Source: an uncultured virus (IMG/VR IMGVR_UViG_3300030330_006072)
Lineage: Duplodnaviria > Heunggongvirae > Uroviricota > Caudoviricetes
Reading direction: 5' to 3' (one strand)
IMG/VR virus record: IMGVR_UViG_3300030330_006072
Length of the DNA: 20,000 nt
In this document: one piece after another, positions 1 to 7,636 of the stretch
How the letters are laid out: every line of letters starts with the position of its first letter
Numbering within the stretch: position 1 is the first letter of the stretch
Notes under the pieces: model-generated
What the model was told of the DNA's origin: nothing
Database searches by the model: none
Seen by the model: the letters and a program-made list of their open reading frames with translations, nothing else
Translations under genes and position numbers: made by a program

Positions 1-264
1 TTAAAACATGCTGCCCAATTCGTAGCGAATCAATTTTTCTCCGAGAAGCCAAACTCTTATACGAGTGAGATTCCACCAATAATAGAAGACAATGTGGACA
101 TTACAACCACAAGAGGCTCCTTTGGACTATCGATAACAGTCAATATAAAAAGACGCTCGTTTAAGCGTATACAAAAGGCGATTGATGCGGGGGAAATCTC
201 AAGAGAGGATGTTGCTGAGTATTTGGGGGATCTCGTTGCTGATCGCTTCTCAAGCGGCCTTTAA
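1..264 (+). CDS. Hypothetical protein, 5'-truncated by window edge (...LKHAAQFVANQFF...LVADRFSSGL*)
   Basis: Frame 1 is open from base 1 to TAA at 262-264 (not in the ORF track). Its stop overlaps the minus-strand stop of the next gene in TTAA 261-264. Confidence 0.7.
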   Translation, partial: LKHAAQFVANQFFSEKPNSYTSEIPPIIEDNVDITTTRGSFGLSITVNIKRRSFKRIQKAIDAGEISREDVAEYLGDLVADRFSSGL

Positions 265-932
265 TCGGATGTTAGAATACTGTACGCTTGGAACACTACA
301 AATCCGACTGCGACAATAAGACCAACATTTTCCGCTGTATCGGTAAACCTAGAGAATCCAGTATAGGATTTGACATAAGAGGATAAATTGTCTTGCAATG
401 AATCCATCATCCTATCCATCATTTGTTTTAATTCCTCATTGGATATTTGATCTTTTACCTCCAAGTCGTAACTTTCAGAGACTTTTTGCACGTAGTTATT
501 GATCCAGTCTCTGATTCGAGGGTCTTTAAGGCAATTTGAAAATCGTGTTGTATCGCACCTAGGTAGATCGGGATAATCGAGGCCCATTGCTCTCTGATAA
601 AATATTATTGCGGGTTCAAGCGCATTGATGTCTCCTAATTGGTATTGCATCCCAAAAAGCATCGATACCGTTGCGTACCAGTCTTTCATCGTAATAGGGC
701 CTGTTATAAATCGTCCCATTGCCGATGCAAAGCCAATTCCTCTCTCCGATAAGAAATCCGCAAAACTCTCCTCTGTATTGCTGATCGAACCTTGGGGGGC
801 TTGGATTAAAGCGTTGGCAATACGAAGCTTCCAGATAACATTATCCTTCATCGTTATGACATCGCTAATACCAACAGCCCATGCCATAGAGCGAACAGCC
901 GTATCCATCCATTTTTTCCAAGTTTTAGCCAT
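261..932 (-). CDS. Hypothetical protein with C-terminal hydrophobic anchor
   Basis: 223 aa ORF, start overlaps the end of the upstream gene, AAGGA just upstream. Ends VGLIVAVGFVVFQAYSILTSD. Confidence 0.8.
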   Translation of the reverse strand: MAKTWKKWMDTAVRSMAWAVGISDVITMKDNVIWKLRIANALIQAPQGSISNTEESFADFLSERGIGFASAMGRFITGPITMKDWYATVSMLFGMQYQLGDINALEPAIIFYQRAMGLDYPDLPRCDTTRFSNCLKDPRIRDWINNYVQKVSESYDLEVKDQISNEELKQMMDRMMDSLQDNLSSYVKSYTGFSRFTDTAENVGLIVAVGFVVFQAYSILTSD

Positions 933-1161
933 TCAAATCGTCCTTCTTTGGCTTAGAGAAAGAAGCAAGCATCTTTTGACCTGTGTCCCCACCGATATAG
1001 ACTCCCGCAATAGATCCCGCAAAATAAGCCCACGTCGTCGCATCGATCTTTCCATACCACAAAGCAAATCCCGCAAATATTTCGAGTCCAAGACTAATTG
1101 TGACTCTGCGCCAAGACAAAGCATTTTCTTTGCAAAACAATTTTGTTGCTAAATTATTCAT
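925..1161 (-). CDS. Small 2-TM membrane protein, putative holin
   Basis: 78 aa with two hydrophobic segments (VTISLGLEIFAGFALWYG; WAYFAGSIAGVYIGG) and a charged C-tail, in the same operon as the endolysin. Holin function is inferred from topology and context. Confidence 0.55.
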   Translation of the reverse strand: MNNLATKLFCKENALSWRRVTISLGLEIFAGFALWYGKIDATTWAYFAGSIAGVYIGGDTGQKMLASFSKPKKDDLNG

Positions 1162-1466
1162 TTCTTACGTCCCAAGTATAAAAGACCAAGTGCAGCAAGA
1201 GCCAAGGCCATTTTAGATCCCTTTGTATCAAGCTCTGATATAACATTACCTAATTCTGGATGGAATCCAACATGCACGATTTTACCATCTTTTGTTATGG
1301 ATCGCCCATCTACTTTAATCTCTGCGGGATAGACCTTTTTTGGGTCGTCGTACCAATAATAGAGATCATAGCCCCCCTTATTTTTTAGAGTTACGACTAA
1401 TCCTCTTTTATACTTAGGGTCGTCGGCCCTAAGTACAATAGGTTTTTCTTTAGGTAATTTAACCAT
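1158..1466 (-). CDS. Hypothetical protein with C-terminal TM anchor
   Basis: 102 aa, AGGAGA RBS. Beta-rich soluble part followed by MALALAALGLLYLGRKK. Confidence 0.8.
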   Translation of the reverse strand: MVKLPKEKPIVLRADDPKYKRGLVVTLKNKGGYDLYYWYDDPKKVYPAEIKVDGRSITKDGKIVHVGFHPELGNVISELDTKGSKMALALAALGLLYLGRKK

Positions 1467-1474
1467 TATATCTC

Positions 1475-2380
1475 CTATTTTCCTAAATATTTTGTGAGAT
1501 CAAATCCGCCACAATCTATTTTAGCATTGCTAATTTGATAATGATGTACAAATCCCGACCAGTCCCCTTTTGCTGCGGGTTCAAAAAGACTATCGTATTC
1601 TTCTACTTTGCCTTTCCCATCGTTTTGTATTGGACATCGCATCGGAATGTCGCATGCATCGGCAATCGCCCACCAAAGAGCCTGTGCAGCTTGAATCTGA
1701 ACATCATAGAAACCAAGATGCTCCTCTAACTCTACTCCTCTCACTTTTCCTGTTACTATTGGTCGTTCTCCAAATCCATTTTTGACGTACCATGATTGAT
1801 ATTTGTCTGCATAGTATGCATTGCTGATTTCTACTCCTACAGAGAAAGAGTTTTGATTTCCCGCATGCCATGCTTGATGTTGAATGTCTAAGGTTTGAAA
1901 AATTGTACCATCATTATCTATAAGAAAATGTACAGATATCCCTCTATCATCTAAAACTCTTTGACAAGAAGCAGATGATAAGCACACATCCCAATGATTG
2001 ACGAATAGTTTTATATGTCGATCGGGGCCAACTTGTTTTCTGTAGCATCCTTCTTTGGCCTTTAAACCATCATCCTCATCCCACAAAATAACCTTATCCC
2101 AACGTATAGGGAAAAACTCCCCATTGTATACAATGTGATTTGTGTCTCGACTTGACGTTCGAGGTTCCCAAGAGGATATTTCTGCTTCTCTATCCGTAAA
2201 GATTCGACGAAAGGTTTGCATACCTACCATTCCATCCCCTGTTAATCCTTTGGATTTTTGATATGCTATAATGGCATGTATTAATTCCTCATCATGGTGC
2301 TTAAAGCCAAACCACGAAGGCTCCCAACCAAATTTGTTAGATGAATTGACATTGTATTTAAGAATTTTAGATATGTTCAT
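1475..2380 (-). CDS. Endolysin: N-terminal peptidoglycan-binding domain + N-acetylmuramoyl-L-alanine amidase (Amidase_2/AmpD-like)
   Basis: PG-binding-1-like AIIAYQKSKGLTGDGMVG. Amidase_2 motifs VNH, SVHFLIDNDGTIFQ, AWHAG, NSFSVGVEI (catalytic Glu), VHH and KIDCG (His/His/Asp-or-Cys Zn ligands). Confidence 0.92.
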   Translation of the reverse strand: MNISKILKYNVNSSNKFGWEPSWFGFKHHDEELIHAIIAYQKSKGLTGDGMVGMQTFRRIFTDREAEISSWEPRTSSRDTNHIVYNGEFFPIRWDKVILWDEDDGLKAKEGCYRKQVGPDRHIKLFVNHWDVCLSSASCQRVLDDRGISVHFLIDNDGTIFQTLDIQHQAWHAGNQNSFSVGVEISNAYYADKYQSWYVKNGFGERPIVTGKVRGVELEEHLGFYDVQIQAAQALWWAIADACDIPMRCPIQNDGKGKVEEYDSLFEPAAKGDWSGFVHHYQISNAKIDCGGFDLTKYLGK

Positions 2381-2434
2381 GGTACACCTTTTTGATATAC
2401 TATATTATATTTGTGTAAAATATTGGGAGAAAAA

Positions 2435-2764
2435 ATGGCAATTATTCAAAATACTATTCGAAGCGCACAAGCATCCGCAACGAATACAACAAGCGTAGCC
2501 GCAAGCTTGGCACTACCTCAAAATGCACACACTGTTATAATATACAATCCCGATGGAACAAACAGCGTGTATGTGGCGGAAGGTACTGCGTCGGCTAGTC
2601 CAATATCTGTGGCTCAAGCTTTGATTGTTCCCGCAAACAGCAGTGTAACGTTGGGTATTGGTACGCAAACCATGAGAGGGAATCCCCTAGGGGATTTTAT
2701 CTTTAGCACGTCTGCGGGATCGATATCGGTCACAATAACCTATATTTGTACTAATACCATCTAA
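2435..2764 (+). CDS. Small beta-rich putative virion protein
   Basis: Start moved to ATG 2435 behind GGGAGA (2425-2430). 109 aa of alternating hydrophobic strands (HTVIIYN, SVYVA, LIVPANSSVTL, ISVTITY), suggesting a beta-sandwich. Confidence 0.65.
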   Translation: MAIIQNTIRSAQASATNTTSVAASLALPQNAHTVIIYNPDGTNSVYVAEGTASASPISVAQALIVPANSSVTLGIGTQTMRGNPLGDFIFSTSAGSISVTITYICTNTI

Positions 2765-4566
2765 TGCATAGACGATTCCCATACCCTTTTTTCCTCACTG
2801 GAGAATTAAGAATTGGTTCTGGTTCTGGAGGAAGCGGATCGGCACTTGAAGTAAAAGATGAGGGTGTAACCATAGACTCTAATGTCACTGTCCTTAATTT
2901 TATTGGTGCAGATGTCCAAGCTTTGTCGGGTGGATCTGGAATTGTATCTATTTACATTCCGCCTCCTTCTTTTGCGTCTCATTGGACGACAAGCGATGGA
3001 ACAACAAACGGAAGTGTATCTGAGAGTATTAGTCGATCAACTGCACGTATATCAACACCTACAAGCGAGGGAAACCCCTTCTCTACTGGAGGGTGGGCGG
3101 GAACAAATCAAAGTTCATCCCTAAACACTACCGTTACATTTACAACTGTATCGGGACAGGCTGTAACAGGATTTGGGGGCAACTCTTCTTTTACGATTAA
3201 TGTATACGATGCGGATGGAACGAGTGTTTTAGCAACATACACTACCCCCTCCTTAACAGGGAATGGAACAAATACGTCTGGTTCTGGTTTTATATCGGTT
3301 ACTCTTTCTGGATACGGTGCAGATACAACAAGGTTCAAAGCTGTACCCTCTATCTCGGTACAAATTAATAATATATTGAATGCAAATTCTCGATCTGGAG
3401 GAAGATATCATGTGGTTGCTATAATGACTACTGATGCAGCAACCGATGGAACAGGGCCATATACATACACGCAAACAGCGGTGTTTTTAGATTCGAACCC
3501 TACGACTCCTTCTATCGGTGGAACCACAAGCATTGCCGAAACAGGCGGATCAGTGACCACAAAACATCTAAGTGGGATTGAGTATTACACAACAGGATCG
3601 AGATTTACAATCGATGTTACAGACATTGACCAACTGAATAGAAATACAGCGAGGACGACGAATAACGTGCAAATTACAGCAAGTAATTATGGAATTTCGA
3701 ATCTCAATCAAAGCCCGTTTGGAACAGGGTCGGGAAATTTTAGCGGATGGACGAATGCATTTGATCAAGACAATGTCAATTATCAGAATACAGCAGCATC
3801 GATATCAAGCTCCAACTTTAGATATAGAGGAACAGGAGCATCTGCCTCGGCAACTCCACGAGATACGTGGGCCTCTGGTTCTACCCAAACATCATCCAAC
3901 GCTTCTATATTAGTAGACACATACGGAACAACAAGCTCGGATTTATCAGAAAGTTTTGATGATGAAAATCGAAGACAAACGAGTAATTTTAACACTGGCA
4001 ATACTGCGGGAAATTGGACTTCTGCAAACTCTCTTGTAGGTGGTGAGGCTCTAGTCTTGGGCGGACAGCTATTGGTTCCCAATCAAGCGACATTGACAAA
4101 CGGCTCCACCAATAGCGATTTTAGCTCCTATTCTCCGACAATAGGAGGCGCAAACCCAAACTATACTGCTCTTGGTGCTCCAGCATCTTATTATCGCACA
4201 ATCGTCGATTCTACTGGCCTTAACCGATCATCATTTACTATCGTGTTCTCTGGTAGTTTTGTTTCGAATGCAACGAATGATTTAGCCAATGAAAATTTAA
4301 AAATCTTTATTCGTAGACGTGCAAGCGCAAATGGTGGAAATGCGGGCTATAATACTGCTTTTCCTTTACTTGTGCATGGAGCACTATATAACTTTGCTGC
4401 TTTTGATGATGGTGTAAACAACGGTCAAATTCGAGAGGCATCTAGCTCTGGAAATACAGTCAATTGTACTTTTGGAGGCTTTACGTGCGAGAACGGATTT
4501 TTTATTCAGATTGAGATTGCCAATACAGCTATTAAACTAAGTAGTTTTACGGTTACATTTTTCTAG
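2764..4566 (+). CDS. Ser/Thr/Gly-rich beta protein, putative fibre/spike-type structural protein
   Basis: 600 aa, TAATG coupling. N-terminal LEVKDEGVTIDSNVTVLNFIGADV resembles a motif I recall from phage fibre proteins. Composition is typical of virion proteins. Confidence 0.65.
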   Translation: MHRRFPYPFFLTGELRIGSGSGGSGSALEVKDEGVTIDSNVTVLNFIGADVQALSGGSGIVSIYIPPPSFASHWTTSDGTTNGSVSESISRSTARISTPTSEGNPFSTGGWAGTNQSSSLNTTVTFTTVSGQAVTGFGGNSSFTINVYDADGTSVLATYTTPSLTGNGTNTSGSGFISVTLSGYGADTTRFKAVPSISVQINNILNANSRSGGRYHVVAIMTTDAATDGTGPYTYTQTAVFLDSNPTTPSIGGTTSIAETGGSVTTKHLSGIEYYTTGSRFTIDVTDIDQLNRNTARTTNNVQITASNYGISNLNQSPFGTGSGNFSGWTNAFDQDNVNYQNTAASISSSNFRYRGTGASASATPRDTWASGSTQTSSNASILVDTYGTTSSDLSESFDDENRRQTSNFNTGNTAGNWTSANSLVGGEALVLGGQLLVPNQATLTNGSTNSDFSSYSPTIGGANPNYTALGAPASYYRTIVDSTGLNRSSFTIVFSGSFVSNATNDLANENLKIFIRRRASANGGNAGYNTAFPLLVHGALYNFAAFDDGVNNGQIREASSSGNTVNCTFGGFTCENGFFIQIEIANTAIKLSSFTVTFF

Positions 4567-4575
4567 GTTTTTATT

Positions 4576-5211
4576 GTGGCTTTTTTCCCCGATCAATACA
4601 AAGTATTTATATCAGAGTCCAACAATCAAATTATTTTATCGGCTCGTATATCGGAAGATGTCGCTGAGACATACTTTTTGAGTAAAGATCAATGTCTCCC
4701 TTTTACAGAGGCTACCGATTTTTCGTCTTGGGCGGGGTCGGACTCTATCATGGGAAAGATCGCCAATAATGAAGCGACATTGGCCTTGAGAACCAGTGAA
4801 GGAGTAAAGTATTATCGGAGTGATGCGGGAACGCTCCTTGTTATGCAAGCTCAAATGAGAACATCCGTTGCATCATTAAATGATGACGTGTCAGACTCTG
4901 GAGGAAATGCAGCACACCACGCAGATATAAATATAGACTATGAATATATTAGACAAATAATAAAATTTGAACTGAGTATGTTTAAAGCGGAATTAATGGC
5001 GGATTTGGCTCAAAGTAAGCCAAGAGAACCAATTAAGCCTACTCTCACTAAAACTTTAATAAAACCCCCTTCCAGTGTGTATGTACCATCGAAAATTACT
5101 AATTCAAACTTAGAAGGGAATATTAATATAGAATCCTCTACAAAGGATTCTAATATAGAAAACGCTTTAGAAGCGTTAAAAAATCTGAGAAAACAAGGAG
5201 ATAAAAAATGA
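4576..5211 (+). CDS. Hypothetical protein coupled to the actin-like gene, candidate adaptor/regulator
   Basis: 211 aa, GTG start. Globular N-terminus, Pro/Lys linker, C-terminal amphipathic helix NIENALEALKNLRK. ATGA overlap with the actin gene. Confidence 0.75.
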   Translation: MAFFPDQYKVFISESNNQIILSARISEDVAETYFLSKDQCLPFTEATDFSSWAGSDSIMGKIANNEATLALRTSEGVKYYRSDAGTLLVMQAQMRTSVASLNDDVSDSGGNAAHHADINIDYEYIRQIIKFELSMFKAELMADLAQSKPREPIKPTLTKTLIKPPSSVYVPSKITNSNLEGNINIESSTKDSNIENALEALKNLRKQGDKK

Positions 5212-6182
5212 TCGGATTAGACATAGGAACAATGAACATTGTTTGCAGCACCAAAGATCCCTCATCTGGAGAAATATCCACAAGAAGGATTCGTGATGCA
5301 TTTTTAGATTTGCCTATTAGCGCAAAACGTATGCTCAAAATGGGATCGAGCAATTTTATCCAAAGAGACGACCTTCTTTATATTATTGGAGATCAAGCTT
5401 TGGAGGTAGCGAACATCTTTGGAAGAGAGGCAAGAAGGCCATTAAGCCAAGGACTTATATCCAACTCTGAATCGGAAAGTCTCGATATACTGGCATTTAT
5501 CATCCAATCATTGATCGGAAATGGGAACGGAGAGAATTGTTTTTACTCAATCCCCGCTAAACCGATTGATAATCCATCTAAAGATGTGATCTACCATAAA
5601 AGGGTATTTGAGCGTATCATAGCAGAATGCGGATATAAACCATGTGCCAGTAATGAAGCAATGGCAATTGTGTTTTCAGAAGCATCAGAGACGCAATTTT
5701 CCGCTATATCGTTTTCATTTGGCTCTGGAATGACGAATGTAGCGATTTCTCTTAATGGGATTGAGTGTTTGACTTTTTCAATTCAAGTGGGTGGAGACTG
5801 GATCGATAAAGGAGCCTCCCAAGCCCTAGGAATGACGCAAGCAAGGGCCTGTTCAATCAAAGAGAAAGGAATAGACTTGATGAATCCAAGAGGAAGAGAA
5901 CAAGAAGCCATCGCCTTTTATTATCGAGAACTCATCGAGTACACACTAGAGCAAACGCACAATGAATTGAAATCAAGAGCGCAAAAATTCTCTTTGTCTC
6001 GCCCAATTCCTATAATTGTATCGGGTGGAACCAGTACAGCCGTTAATTTTGATCTCTTCTTTCAATCGGTATTTGAGCGTTTATCCGATAAGTTTCCTTT
6101 CAATGTAAGTGAAATCAAAAAGGCTAAAGATCCCTTTAATTCAGTATCCTTGGGCTTACTTATACAATCATTGCAAGAATAA
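5208..6182 (+). CDS. Actin-like ATPase (MreB/MamK-like, viral)
   Basis: Phosphate-1 IGLDIGT, RRPLSQGLI (cf. MreB RPLKDGVI), connect-1 SNEAMA, phosphate-2 SFGSGMTNVAI, VGGDWID, adenosine motif IIVSGGTS and C-terminal KDPFNSVSLG (cf. EDPLTCVARG). RBS ACAAGGAGA. Confidence 0.9.
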   Translation: MIGLDIGTMNIVCSTKDPSSGEISTRRIRDAFLDLPISAKRMLKMGSSNFIQRDDLLYIIGDQALEVANIFGREARRPLSQGLISNSESESLDILAFIIQSLIGNGNGENCFYSIPAKPIDNPSKDVIYHKRVFERIIAECGYKPCASNEAMAIVFSEASETQFSAISFSFGSGMTNVAISLNGIECLTFSIQVGGDWIDKGASQALGMTQARACSIKEKGIDLMNPRGREQEAIAFYYRELIEYTLEQTHNELKSRAQKFSLSRPIPIIVSGGTSTAVNFDLFFQSVFERLSDKFPFNVSEIKKAKDPFNSVSLGLLIQSLQE

Positions 6183-6191
6183 GGAGGAAGT

Positions 6192-6488
6192 ATGGAAGAT
6201 TTTGAAATTAGAGTCACGTTTCAATATGAACAACCTACTCAAAAATATAAGATGGATTCAATTAAAAAATCTATTAAAGAGTTTCAATCTAAGTATTGCG
6301 ACTTAGCCCGATCGTATCAAGGTTTCTGGATCGATCAAGGGTGGTATGCAATGGAAGACGATAAAAACAAAGCTCGAATCGTGAAACATGACATTGTGCT
6401 CTCTTTTGTTACAAAAGAAGGAATGCTATCTTTCAAGGCTCAAGTTGAAAATATTAAACCTCAAAACGTTTCATTGACGATAATCTAA
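6192..6488 (+). CDS. Hypothetical protein
   Basis: 98 aa, AAGGAGG RBS, TAATG coupling to the next gene. Confidence 0.8.
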   Translation: MEDFEIRVTFQYEQPTQKYKMDSIKKSIKEFQSKYCDLARSYQGFWIDQGWYAMEDDKNKARIVKHDIVLSFVTKEGMLSFKAQVENIKPQNVSLTII

Positions 6489-7528
6489 TGGGTTTTTCCA
6501 ACCAAGAAAGAATTAATATGAATTCCGCTGCCCTTGCAGCGGGTGTAATTGATGCCAATTCAAGTGCTCAATGGTATGAAAAGCAATTCGGATTCTCTTT
6601 TATTCTGAATGCTAATACGGTCTGGACGCAATTATCATCCATTCCAACTGCTGCAAACTTAACGACAGCTAGAAACAACGCAACGGCAAACCCAACTTTG
6701 ATCCAAGACCTTAGCCAAGCATCAGACGCAAAAAGGCTCACCAAGGTAGCGGGTACGAATAACTCGACGTTTGCCGCATACTCGACGTATAACGACACAT
6801 CGAGTACTCTTTTAAAAAATTGGCTTCTTCCCCAATTGGTTCCTCAAGCCTCTGGTGCTCCTTCTAATGGTTATTCCATCAATCTATACAATGGAGATCC
6901 CGACAGTGGAGGAACTCTCATTACAACAACGGTAGGCCAAACAGGAACAGGAACGACAAAAAGTGTCGGATGGATTTGGAATTATGCTTTAGGGATTCTC
7001 CTTCTATCCGATGACTTCTACTCTCAAAGTGGCATCTCTTCTGCTTCCTTTGATCCGTATGTGGTAGGATTCCGATATATCGGCAATACCGCCTCAAGTG
7101 GAGTATCGACAACCGCAACAAGAACGACATCATCGGGTGTTGCGGATGAAACAATAGCCATAGGAGACGTTCTACGATTCGCCTTGAACGGAGAAGCGGG
7201 ACTAACAGCGGGTAGACTGGTAAAGGCCAATGCAACGTCTGTAAATGGATCTGAGGTGGTTGGAATAGCGACAAGTGGGGGATCTCAAGGGGCAAGCATA
7301 AACTATGCAACATCTGGCGAAGTCGCTGTAAAATTTGGCTCAAATCCCGCTACGACCGACAATGGAAAGAAGGTTTTTTTAAATACAACCAGTGGACAGG
7401 CCACATTTACGGCTCCTACAGCATCGGGCCAAACGATAGTGCGCCTTGGGCATATAAACGGTGCAACAGGAAGCACAAGCACACCAACCATTGTTCTAAA
7501 TATAATGGTTGTGATGCAAATAGGATAA
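6488..7528 (+). CDS. Putative virion structural protein with C-terminal beta-tulip/cement-like (DUF2190-like) domain
   Basis: 346 aa, S/T/G/A-rich. C-terminal pattern ADETIAIGDVL...GRLVKANA...VVGIA...VFL...SGQ...TAPT...IVRLG resembles phage decoration domains. Confidence 0.6.
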   Translation: MGFSNQERINMNSAALAAGVIDANSSAQWYEKQFGFSFILNANTVWTQLSSIPTAANLTTARNNATANPTLIQDLSQASDAKRLTKVAGTNNSTFAAYSTYNDTSSTLLKNWLLPQLVPQASGAPSNGYSINLYNGDPDSGGTLITTTVGQTGTGTTKSVGWIWNYALGILLLSDDFYSQSGISSASFDPYVVGFRYIGNTASSGVSTTATRTTSSGVADETIAIGDVLRFALNGEAGLTAGRLVKANATSVNGSEVVGIATSGGSQGASINYATSGEVAVKFGSNPATTDNGKKVFLNTTSGQATFTAPTASGQTIVRLGHINGATGSTSTPTIVLNIMVVMQIG

Positions 7529-7562
7529 GCGATAATATGATTTTAAATATATTAAGTTACAT

Positions 7563-7580
7563 AAAAAACTCGAGTTTTTT
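7563..7580. promoter_or_regulatory. Perfect 18-bp palindrome AAAAAACTCGAGTTTTTT
   Basis: Lies in the intergenic gap between the structural operon and the SOD-containing gene. Possible operator or weak terminator. Confidence 0.4.
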
Positions 7581-7636
7581 GTATAAAGATTTTTGTGAAG
7601 CATGTGAATGTGATCCTTGTGATTGTGGGTGGGGAC

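Noticed and set aside
625..1152. 175-aa plus-strand ORF
   Set aside because: Antisense shadow of coupled minus-strand genes that have RBSs and coherent features.
5208..6182. Chromosomal mreB, ftsA or dnaK
   Set aside because: No mreC/mreD or dcw context, too short for Hsp70, and the motifs are divergent. No gene symbol was assigned.
7595..7636. Hydrophobic N-terminal extension as a signal peptide for the SOD protein
   Set aside because: GTG start without an RBS, a short hydrophobic run and no cleavage motif. ATG 7637 has a G-rich SD and is preferred.
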